Assembly (NCBI GenBank): GCA_025603075.1
Contig: MU626332.1
Coordinates: forward strand, 1 to 64,000
Length of the DNA stretch: 64,000 nt
From: Neoconidiobolus thromboides FSU 785
Taxonomy: Eukaryota > Fungi > Entomophthoromycota
Direction of reading: 5' to 3'
Shown here: one piece after another, positions 1 through 10,540 of the stretch
Position numbering within the stretch: the stretch's first letter is position 1
Layout: each line of letters begins with the position of its first letter
Position numbers and translations under genes: made by a program
The notes under the pieces: generated by a model
The model's input: the letters and a program-made list of their open reading frames with translations, nothing else
Databases searched by the model: none
What the model was told of the DNA's origin: nothing

Positions 1-64
1 TTATAGTGTAGTCAACCCAGCAATAGCTGTTCTTGACTCCAAACCCTGAGTACCAGATTTCACA
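1..64 (-). mobile_element. 5' end of solo-LTR-like element (subfamily A), cut by window edge
   Basis: Reverse complement is identical over all 64 visible bases to the start of the 359-822 copy (TGTGAAATCTGGTACTCAGGG...). Confidence 0.8.
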
Positions 65-200
65 ATGAAATAGTTGAATCATTTATTAAATATTGTACAA
101 CAGTTCAATTTGCTCATCTTTAATTTTTTTTGTGTTTTTAATAATAGGTTGTAATTTTGATACTTTATTACTATTGTTACTTATTTTTGAATAATCATAT

Positions 201-298
201 GGGGATGTATTTTTGTGTTTAAGAATTTTACTAATAATTTTTCCGCCCAAATAGCGCTTAAAAATGGAAAAAATAATGAAGTCATAAAAAACACTCCC
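201..298 (+). mobile_element. ~100-bp MITE copy (reference copy)
   Basis: Runs GGGGATGTATTTTTG...AAAAACACTCCC with imperfect terminal inverted repeats; ATAT on both flanks. Confidence 0.9.
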
Positions 299-353
299 AT
301 ATTGATTTTTATTTATATTAAACCCAAAACTTTTACATTCATCAAAAGAATAT

Positions 354-920
354 GGGGATGTGAAATCTGGTACTCAGGGTTTGGAGTCAAGAACAGCTAT
401 TGCTGGGTTGACTACACTATAAGTCGAAAGGTCTTAGTTTATGTGACTAAGATAGACTTGGGTTATGAGGAATAGCACGTAATAGGTTACAAGCTATATA
501 AGACAAATAGAATAGACAATACTAATGTAAAACCTATGTAAAATACTATTAAGAAAACTTAGTGGCTTTATTAAATGTTCGAGATATCAGGTAATAATTC
601 AGTTAAAAAGTCTCGAACTATTATACTATGTAAACTCTTTTATACTCTGAAAAGTATAAATATCAAAATGAGAAGATAATATTCTTTTGGATGGAGCTAG
701 AAGTTCTCATAACAAATCAAAATAAGAACATGGGATTGATTTCCTCTGAGCTCGAGAATACAACAGCTTAGGCGATTGTTATGTTATAATTAACCATGGG
801 ACTGACAAAGCGATATTCCACAGGGATGTATTTTTGTGTTTAAGAATTTCATTAATAGCTTTTCCACTCAAATAGCGCTTAAAAAATGGAAAAAGTAATG
901 AAGTCAAAAAAAACACTCCC
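354..920 (+). mobile_element. MITE copy split by a solo-LTR insertion
   Basis: GGGGA at 354-358; the remainder resumes GGGATGTATTTTTG at 823 and ends CACTCCC at 920. Confidence 0.85.
359..822 (+). mobile_element. Solo-LTR-like element, 464 bp (subfamily A)
   Basis: TGTG...CACA termini with a short inverted end (TGTGAAAT / ATTCCACA), internal TATATAAG, GGGA duplicated on both sides, and several dispersed copies. No coding part seen. Confidence 0.75.
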
Positions 921-935
921 ATAGGTTCAGTATAT

Positions 936-1034
936 GGGAGTGTTTTTTTTGACTTCATTACTTTTTCCATTTTTTAAGCGCTATTTGAGCGGAAAATTTG
1001 TTAGTAAAATTCTTAAACACAAAAATACATCCCC
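936..1034 (-). mobile_element. MITE copy, inverted relative to the preceding copy
   Basis: Reverse complement of consensus; 15 bp from the end of the 354-920 copy. Confidence 0.9.
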
Positions 1035-1914
1035 CTATAGTTGATAATAACGCTACTTGTTGATTTTTATTTCTTGTTTCCCTCAAAGCACTAATTTTAG
1101 ACATTGGTTTATTAAGTTTATTGTTATTGGTAATAAACTTTGATGATATCTTTTCTTTGTTTTGTTTTATTATAAAATTCCATAAACCTTGGATTGTTAT
1201 AATTAGCTCTTAAAATTGACGTAAATGAATTACAATGTTTATATTGTGTACTCCTCCCTATTGTATTGAAATCTTCAAAAATTCCATTTCGAAGTTATGA
1301 AAATTCGCATTTTATTTTTATTTCAACAAAAAATAAAGCCAAATAACTGTATTTATATAATTATATATTATATATCTATTAAGTATCTAACAGAACTAAC
1401 ATAAAACATATAATTAGGAAAATTACTTATTTAAGAAAAAGAAATAATTAAAATAAGTTTTAAATAGAGAGATTTAATTTAGGCTTTTTAGATTTAACCA
1501 TCACATTAGACACGAATTTAAAATTTTAAAATTTGGATTGACTTCCAAATAAGTTCTGAAACCAATTCGGACAACCCCATATTAAAAATAGTAAAAATCA
1601 TTAAAAAAATTTATTTGCCACTTTGGCTTTTTCTCAAACAGTTTTAAAAATTTAAAAATGTTTGTATTTACTTATTTATTAAAGTTATAAAAAATACTTG
1701 ACTTATCTTTATTTTTATATTTCTGTTTTTACTCTTAAATCTTTTAATATATTTTTATATAATGAATTGTTTTAAATAATATTAAATAAAAAAGCAAAAA
1801 TTCAATATATAAAATATAGTGTAAAATAAAGTGTTACATTCGTAATTACGATTATATTTTAATAAATCAATTGGTTAATAGTTTCGAATTATATTTGTAT
1901 AATAAAAATCATAT

Positions 1915-1990
1915 GGGGATGTATTTTTTTGCTTAAGAATTGTATTAATAATCTTTCCGCTTAAATAGCGCTCAAAAAATGGAAAAATAG
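1915..1990 (+). mobile_element. 3'-truncated MITE copy
   Basis: ATAT then GGGGATGTATTTTTT...ATGGAAAAA; right terminus absent. Confidence 0.8.
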
Positions 1991-2139
1991 AACTAAGATA
2001 CGCTCATATACAGGTTTCTATTTTTTATTTTTACTTTATTTTTTAGGCTTTTTAGCTTTTTTTTATATTATATAAAACTTAATGCTTAAAATCTAGTTGT
2101 CTTATATTAATAAAAAGCCGAAAATTAAAATAATAACTT

Positions 2140-2622
2140 TGTGAAATCTGATACTCAGTGGTTGGAGTCAAAAGCAGTTCTTGCTTGGTTGCCTAGCTGT
2201 AAGTCGAAGAGTCTTAGTTTATGTAACTAAGATAGACTTGAATTATGAAGAATAGCACGTAATGTGTTATAAACTATATTATAAACTATGTTATAAACTA
2301 TGTAAGATAAATAGAATAGACAATACTATTGTAAAATCTATGTAAAATACTATCAGAAAGATTTAGTGACTTTATTGGAGATACGAAATATTAGGGAATA
2401 ATTCAGTTAAAAACCTTGAGCTACTATGTTCTAAAACCTCCTTTATACTCTAACAAGTATAGATATTAAAACGAGAGGATAATCTTTTTTGGAATGAAAT
2501 TGGAAATTCTCATAGCAAACCAAAATAAGGGTTTGGGATTGATTGCCTCAAAACTTGAGAACACAACTTAAGTAATTTCTATGTTATAATCAATCATAGA
2601 GCTGACGAAGCGATATTTCACA
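2140..2622 (+). mobile_element. Solo-LTR-like element (subfamily B)
   Basis: TGTGAAATCTGATACTC...GCGATATTTCACA; AACTT on both flanks (5-bp TSD candidate); colinear with 359-822. Confidence 0.75.
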
Positions 2623-3177
2623 AACTTGTTAAAAAAATATAAAGTATGAAAAAAGTTTTTTAAAAAAATACAAGATTATATTAACAATAGAAATAAATAA
2701 ATAAATAAATAAATAAAAGGAATACCTATATTAAAAAGCTAAAGATATAAATAAATAATTGTTATTTACAATATTATAATTCTAAGTAAAGTTGATAAAA
2801 TAGTTATCCAATAAAAATTATTTAATATAATTACAAAAGTTTTTCCAGTTATAAATAAAGTATAAAATTTAATACTCAATAATAAAAAATATTACTATAA
2901 AATTCTTATAAAGTACTATAAAACTTAACACTTTGTTAAAAAACATAATATTGATAGTTTGAAAAAGTTTTAAGTTATTATGTTAAGAATTTTATATATA
3001 TCAACTAGGCAGCTGTATATAAAAAACATAATAATAGTTATTTTCCATTATAGCTACTAAGTATAAGTATCAAAATATAAAGATGGTGATCTTTATAATT
3101 AGGTAGTAACGATTCTTATAATAAAATTAAATAAAAAACTTTAGATTAATTGCATTTGAATTTAGAAACGCAATAAC

Positions 3178-3520
3178 TGTGAAATATCATTTTTTCAGCT
3201 CTATGATTGACTTAAAACTCACTTGAGTTGTTGTGTTCTCAAGCTCAGGGACAACCAATCCCAATCCTCTTATTTTAGTTTTCTGAGAATTTCTGTCGTG
3301 TGATTCCGAAGGACATTATCTGCTTGTATCAATAGCTATACTTGTTAGAGTATAAAAGAGATTTTATAACATAGTTTATAATATAGTTTATAACACATTA
3401 CGTGCTATTCTTCATAATTCAAGTCTATCTTAGTTACATAAACTAAGACTCTTCGACTTACAGCTAGGCAACCAAGCAAGAACTGCTTTTGACTCCAACC
3501 ACTGAGCATCAGATTTCACA
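3178..3520 (-). mobile_element. Solo-LTR-like element, internally deleted (subfamily B)
   Basis: Both termini present on the minus strand; central ~140 bp missing relative to 2140-2622. Confidence 0.75.
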
Positions 3521-4179
3521 ACTTTTAACAATAAAATCATCTAAAGCTAATTAAATTTGTATGCAAATTACAGTTAAATTAATTATAAAACTACAATTAA
3601 TTTATAAATAATTTTAAATTTAAAAGTAATAAATAAGCAAGTAGCTTATAATGAGTAATAACTTGCTTAAAATAACTTTAGATTTAATATTTAATATTTA
3701 ATTATAATTAAAAATATGTTTTTTTTTTTTAAATGTTTTAATAATCAAATTAGAAGCAATACTTTAAGTAACCAGCTTATTTTTTAATTTATTTAAAAGC
3801 AGCAATTGGAACAAGCTTACTTTCTGCTCTCATCTATAGTTTTTTAAAATACGCCAAGCTTTTTAATATTGATTTATAAAAAATTAAATAATAAAAAGCT
3901 ATAAATTGCACTAAATGTTTAAAAATGAATCAGGCAATAAATATAGAAATTCACATTAAACTAGAATAAAATAAAACAAGTTACATTTATAGTGAAAACC
4001 AACAGTTTAATTCTATTAATAAACTTTAAGGAGCGATTTAAAAAATTGCGGGACCATTGATAAAAGGGATAAAATGGCGACTATAAGGGATTTATAAAGT
4101 TGAAAATGAAGCGCTTGGTTATTATTTAGTTGGAACTTTACAGTTACTAAATGGAAGTGAATAATATAGTCATGATTTT

Positions 4180-4620
4180 CTTTAAAAGTCTTGAAAACCC
4201 GAAGCTTAAGTACTTTATCAAACATAAAAATGAATAAACAAGACCTGGTTAACTGTGTCATGGGAAGTCATCTTTATAACTTTTTAAAAGAATTAATAGA
4301 TAAAGGCGATAGCAACCGAGTGAATAAGATAGATTTGGTGATACTAACGCTTTTATCGAAACTAGAACTTTATAATTGTTGAATAGAAATGGACGATATG
4401 ACAGCTTTAAAGGATAATTCCTAAATTAAGGCGAAATTTTTTGGTAAAAGGAATAAAATTAAGTGATACTATTGCGTTTATTCAAGTTGGAAATGTAAAT
4501 GTTTAACTAAGAGTTAAAACTGGAACTTTATAGTTGTTAGGTTGATGGGAACGATTAAGTAACTTTGAAGAATAGACATGAAATTAAGGCGACGTTGTTG
4601 AGTAAAAGAAGTATAATTAG
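4180..4620 (+). pseudogene. Degenerate leucine-rich-repeat-like coding relic
   Basis: Two diverged ~160-bp direct repeats translating to KLELYNC*...PKLRR and KLELYSC*...MKLRR, with stops and frameshifts. Confidence 0.35.
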
Positions 4621-5199
4621 GCGAATATTATTGTATTTATTCAGATATATGAATGTGACTATGATCTCAAATGACGAAAATAAATTTAACATTTATAAGT
4701 ACTATACTAACGCTCAGATAATATTGTTCTCATTATATTGTTTTTAAGTATTAAACCTCTCGGATATTGGGTAAATTTATACCTATTTTGATCAGGTTTA
4801 ATATTAATGATTTAAAAATCCATGATACTTATTAACAAAAAATTCACTTATTAAATTTGGACCAATCTTTTTTCTAAATTAAATTAAATTAATAGCAATT
4901 AAGAACATTGAACAAGTGTATTAACCGGTTATCATTGGTAACTTTAAGTGTTTAGACTAAATGATAGGTTTAAAATAAAGTAAAGAATTAATTTATTAAT
5001 TTTGATCACTTAAATTCATACGGTTGAATTATAAAATAAAAGTTCTTTTTGAACAAAGTTACAAAGAAAAGTCCAAGGATGATTGAATAAGGAGCTTATT
5101 GAACAAAATATGGACTATTAAAAAAAGTATAAAAAGAATCCTTTCTAACTTCTAAAAAATTCAATTAACTTATTAAGTATTATATATATAAAAATAAGA

Positions 5200-5991
5200 A
5201 TGGAATTTAAAGGACACATAAAAACAATTTTTGATGCGTTTGTATTAGGAGAAGCTGTGAATCAATGTGAAATCAAGGGAGTAGTTGTACGTCCCGATAT
5301 AAGTAAAAGAAGTAAAATATATCATGGTATGACAATAGTATATAACGAAACAGTCAGTGGAATTAAGAGATGGACGGATGGTAAAGTATGGTCCACCAGT
5401 AAATTCTATAACGGTTTTTTTGTATATGAAGATAAATCGTTGACAACTAATATGGACAATAGTGAATTAAAATTATTTAAAAAAGTATTAACGATGGTAT
5501 CTCCTACTAACCAACATGTTCATATTATCAATTATTTTTACAATGATACAGCAAGAGATGATAATGTTAGTAAGTTAAAACGACCTATGGATTATCCATT
5601 AAAAAATATGTCGAGTATTATAACAAATGCCAAAAAATATCGATATTTTAAATGTTTTCGTTCGAAATCGAGTTTATGGAAAAAATTGTATTATGCTCCA
5701 GAAGTAGAAAGAAATATGGCGATGGGCACAGATAAGGAGATTAAAATATTTAAACCTAAATATTTTAATAAGAGTACTAGTCGATTCAATGTAAATAATA
5801 TGGACAGTTTATCTGATAAAAGTAGTAGTTCAAGTGAAGTTAGATCACTAAATCATTTATCTATCTCCCCCGTTCGATTACCTTCTATTTCTTTTCTGTT
5901 AAATATTGAAGGGGATATCAGTAACTCAAAATTAGATACAAGGTCCCCATTTGATATACAACAGATTGAAAAATTTCATCCAAGTTTTTAG
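5200..5991 (+). CDS. Gti1/Pac2 (WOPR) family transcription factor, intronless
   Basis: F-G-I...DA...EA start, IKRWTDGKVWSTS, GFFVY, LFKK and HIINY segments; C-terminal LPSI-LL and FDIQQIEKF. Confidence 0.92.
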   Translation: MEFKGHIKTIFDAFVLGEAVNQCEIKGVVVRPDISKRSKIYHGMTIVYNETVSGIKRWTDGKVWSTSKFYNGFFVYEDKSLTTNMDNSELKLFKKVLTMVSPTNQHVHIINYFYNDTARDDNVSKLKRPMDYPLKNMSSIITNAKKYRYFKCFRSKSSLWKKLYYAPEVERNMAMGTDKEIKIFKPKYFNKSTSRFNVNNMDSLSDKSSSSSEVRSLNHLSISPVRLPSISFLLNIEGDISNSKLDTRSPFDIQQIEKFHPSF

Positions 5992-8421
5992 TTATTTATA
6001 AAGACTTGGCAATTTCCTATTTATTCTTTATTATTAAAAATAAAATCTATTTTTATCTATATATTTCCATTTTACAAATTTGATGTATCTTTTGTTTATT
6101 TATAACCTATTATCTATAGAAACTTCATAGCTATTCTTAAATGTTCTTTTACTGTTTAAAAAGAAAATAAAAATAAATTATAAATCAATCCTTAAAACTT
6201 AATTAAGGTTCGCGTTTAATCCAATAGTTTTCTATTGATTTGTAATAATTTTTAAATCATACTAATGTCAAGTGTTTATTTTTGAAATAATATTGTAAAT
6301 TACTATAATTATTTCATTACTTCCTTCTATCTTTTATCAAACGTTTGGTATGTTTTTTACTATCTTACTCGATACTAAAATTAATATATTATACAAGAGT
6401 AAAATAGTATATCCTTTTTTTAAAATATACCAAATGTTTGATTAAAGATATACACATCATACTAGACTATAAAATAGTTATAAAAGTAGTAATAAAATTC
6501 AAAAATTTATTTAAAAGGTTGAAATGTGATCAATAGTGAAACTTTCATTTTCATTTTCATTTTCATTTGTTTCGATTTTTGTCGAAAATTTACTTTGTAC
6601 TTTAGCCAAGCTTTTAAGTTTTGATCAAAATTTATAGATATTGATCAATTTTAATCACTTAATTTGTAGTTAATATATTTCTGTTAAAATATGTCAGAAA
6701 AAAGTACAAAAATACAAACTACTATATGCTGAAAAAGGGGGTGCTTTTTTGCACAATATTCTGATAAAAAGCAAATTACATTTGAATAAAAATATGACGT
6801 TTTAGACAAAAAGAATTACTTCAACACTTTCTATTAATAAAAAGCAGCAAGGCATAATATTTTAAACAATAAATTTTTATTTACTTTTTAATTTTAAATC
6901 TATATTTTATTATATGATATTTTATTATCTTTAAGAGTTATATTTAAAGTCATACTCTACATGAATGTGTTTTTCAATATCTTTGTTTTATATAAATTTT
7001 AATCACTACTATGTGAAAAATATCAATTGTTCTTACCTTTTTGACTAAAAAAATCAAATCGTTATTAGTTGCAGTAGTAAGCTCCTTTTACATCTAAAAC
7101 TATGCTTAAAACTATGTCAAAAAGCTTACTGTTGTTACTCTATATCCTTACCATTTTTTGTTTACCTAAAAAAGAAACTCATAAAACAAGCTAATATAAA
7201 AGATTTCTAAAATAATTCCAGTTTTTAGCAATAAGCTATCAATTAGAATAGGAACTACTTTCAATGCCCAAAAATAAAAAGTAATTTGTAAAATTATTGC
7301 AATGTTTCAATTTTTTCATCTACTACTCTGAATTTGCTCAAAGAACTAATTACTTTTGAAACCATTTTATTTTAAGTTAATAGCCTTTTTCTAATGTTTT
7401 TCCTAGAAAAATAAAATTCTACCTTTAACAGTAGGATTTATATTTAATGATTAATAAATAATTCAACCCAAGGTTTGCAATGTCAATGTTTTGTTCTCTA
7501 TAGATTTAACAAACATTTCTATATTCTAGTTTCTTTATAGATTCAACAAACCTTTCTATACTATTTGGTATTCCGAGACCCGGCTATTTAAGTTCAAATA
7601 TGTACTAATCAACAACACTTTTATAACCAATTAAATATATTATTATTCCAATTTACAACTTAGTGTTTCAATTTGAATTTTAGAATAAACAGTTAACTAG
7701 TATTGTTTGAGTTTAAACAGTGGTAAGCTGAGCTAACAAAAGGTCATTTGTTATCGAATTTACTTTCATTTCATTTCATAAACAAAAATGACCTTAATTT
7801 TGGTGGGTGCTTGAAGTTTCATAAATCTCCAGTGGTTTGATGAAAAAACCCAAACCAAATATAGTTCAATTAGCATTAATGAAGCCAGATATTGGTTTTA
7901 TATTTTATGACAAAATGGGCAGTTGAGTTGACTTTGTCAGAAAATAAAATTGACTATAATAGAAGTTAAACTTGATAATTACTTAACGATAAGTAAAAAG
8001 GAAACTTTTAATTTGCCAAAATCAAAGTGACTTTTCAATGTAGTCTATTTTAATTTATGACAAAAACAAATCAATTACCCATTTGTAAAAATCCCAAAAA
8101 TATTACTTTCTAAAAAGAAAGTTAATTAAAGATTAAAGTGAGCAATTAATAGGAAAACAATGGATTTCAATCAAGTGATTTTACAAAATATGAACTATTA
8201 AACATCTTTATTGGTTATCAATTGGTTGTTTCTGTACTTTGATATTAATTGCAACAAATAAATGAATGATGGCCTAAATTAGGCTTATTTCTTTTAAAAA
8301 TGTATAAATCGAAACATCTATAAAGAAAAGCTCAAACCAGGTTGAGTAGAATCGTTAATAAGGAATTCTTCCAAGAAAGTTATATAAACAAAACGAAAGA
8401 AACAAGAAGTTTAATAAAAAA

Positions 8422-8994
8422 ATGGGAAAACAAAACAGCAAAATAACTAATAATCAATTAACAAAATTAATTCAATGTACTCATTTTGATAAAAAAGAAT
8501 TAAAACAATGGTATAAAAAGTTTATCATAGAATGTCCAACGGGACAAGTAGATATGGAGCAATTCATTAATTTATATCAAAAATTATTTCCATTCGGTGA
8601 AGTAAAGCCTTTTGCTGAACTTTTATTTAATATCTATGACATGAATCAAGATGGGCTAATAGACTTTGAAGAATTCATACGAGTAATATCAATATCTTTA
8701 AGGGGTGAAGTAGATGAAAAATTAAAATGGGCTTTTCAATTATATGATTTAAATAGAGATGGTTTTATTACAAGAAGTGAAATGATTACAACTGTTCGTG
8801 CTATTTATCTCTTAATTGCTAATACATCTAATCTTCCAACCGATGAACTTACTCCTGAACAAAGAGTAGATAAATTATTTGATGCTTTAGATAGTAATCA
8901 AGATGATCAACTTTCCTTTGAAGAATTCTGTATGGCTTCTCAAAAAATGCCTGATATTTTCAAAGCTTTAACTATTTATGATGGACTTGTTTAA
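8422..8994 (+). CDS. FRQ1: Frequenin / neuronal calcium sensor-1 homologue, intronless
   Basis: 190 aa, MGxxxS myristoylation motif, THFDKKEL-QWY, CP-G, EF-hand loops DMNQDGLIDFEE and DLNRDGFITRSE, ends YDGLV. Confidence 0.95.
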   Translation: MGKQNSKITNNQLTKLIQCTHFDKKELKQWYKKFIIECPTGQVDMEQFINLYQKLFPFGEVKPFAELLFNIYDMNQDGLIDFEEFIRVISISLRGEVDEKLKWAFQLYDLNRDGFITRSEMITTVRAIYLLIANTSNLPTDELTPEQRVDKLFDALDSNQDDQLSFEEFCMASQKMPDIFKALTIYDGLV

Positions 8995-9796
8995 ATTAAT
9001 ATATTTTTCTTCTCATTTAACTTTTAATAAATTATATACTATTATTTTATAAGTCACACTTTTAACTTGTGAATTCAACAAAAGTTACTTGATTACTTGA
9101 ATATCTTTGCGTAAAAGCTCAACTCTTTTGACAACTATTTGTGATGTTAAGTAAACTACTGTTAATAAAAGTTCTATATTAATGATATCATTAATTATGA
9201 CATAAGAATTTAAAAGTAAAATTGTTATTTCAAACTCTTCTATGATTCATTTTCCCTGTTTTATCTCTGGACAAAATCATACAAGGGGAATTTAAAGATC
9301 ATTTTAGTACTTACAATTCTAAAGTGGGAGCTTTTGTTACTCTGAATTCTTTAGTTAAGTATCTGGTCCCTTTTTACTGCTTTCTTTTCTATCGCTATAC
9401 GCTTAATATCCATTTCTACTTTACTTTCATACATTTTTATCCATTAAAATTTCCAAAAATACTGGTTTTTGTTAGACAGTTCCATGTTCTTTTTTCGAGA
9501 TAATCCAAGCTGGTAGAGGTATGGGATAGCAAGTGTAATATCTATTGCTGCAAAAAAGCTCTAATTTTGATTAGAAATCCAATTCTCACTATAATTAATC
9601 AATACCCTCTTTTCTATAGAAAAATAGATATTTGTAAATCAAGTATAATATTTCAACTTACCATGGTTATCTGAAGGAAAATTTTAAACAAAAAGGAAGT
9701 ATAAAACTGATAATGATTTTCAGTAAAAACGGGCAAAATTAAGAATTTCCTATATGATATTGATAGTTTTGTTCACTTTGTGAAAAATTAATATCT

Positions 9797-9923
9797 GGGA
9801 GTGTTTTTTTTGACTTCATTATTTTTTCCATTTTTTAAGCGTTATTTAAGCGGAAAATTTGTTAGACAAATCGAAGTAAAAAAAATAGATGGGGATGTGT
9901 TTTTGTGTTTAAGAATTTACTAA
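9797..9923. mobile_element. Rearranged MITE (minus-strand body plus inverted left end)
   Basis: 9797-9866 matches the minus consensus; the missing end reappears as GGGGATGTGTTTTTGTGTTTAAGAATTT on plus at 9891-9923. Confidence 0.75.
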
Positions 9924-10455
9924 AGTTTACTCTTAGAGAGTTATGATAGATTGGAGTACAATTAGTCAAACTTATTATTTTAATAAAATTACTTGGTTTT
10001 TTTCCAAACTATTGCATATGGACTGCACTTTAACCACTTGGACAATTCAATAAGGATATTTGTCATCAATTTTTTTGCCAAGACTAAGTCTTATGAGTAT
10101 ACTTATGATATACAGCTTGTTAAATAAAATATTTTATTCAAGCGGCTAAAATAGCTGAGGTTATTGTAACTACACCTTTGTTTACAAGGTGGTTTTTATA
10201 AACTTTAGTTTTTAAAAATATTAAACTCAAGACCAAATGGATCATTAACCCTAGCTGTTTTTTTCAAAATTAAAAAGTTCCAAAGTTCTTGACCTAAACT
10301 TTTTTTATAGAACGCGTATAGGCGTCATAAGCAGTATGTATGAAAATTAGGTAATAAGTGTGCAAAAAAATCTATTTTTAAAGTCAAATTAAAATAAAAA
10401 ACCATCATTTTGATCACAACTAAATGTGAATAACTATTTTTTTGCTTGAATGTAA

Positions 10456-10540
10456 GGGTATCTTTTTTGACTTCATCACTTTTTAAGCGCTGTTTGAGAG
10501 GAAAAATTCTTAATAAAATTCTTACACAAAATACATCCCC
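10456..10540 (-). mobile_element. MITE copy with small internal deletion
   Basis: GGGTATCTTTTTTGACTTCATC...ATACATCCCC; flanks GTAA and GTAT. Confidence 0.85.

Noticed and set aside
215-970. ORFs 215-475 and 779-970
   Set aside because: They read through MITE and LTR sequence; the same pseudo-peptides recur wherever the repeats occur.
9240-9540. Possible integrase zinc-finger relic on the minus strand (QYFW...MDIK)
   Set aside because: Key His/Cys residues absent and many stops; cannot be supported without a search.
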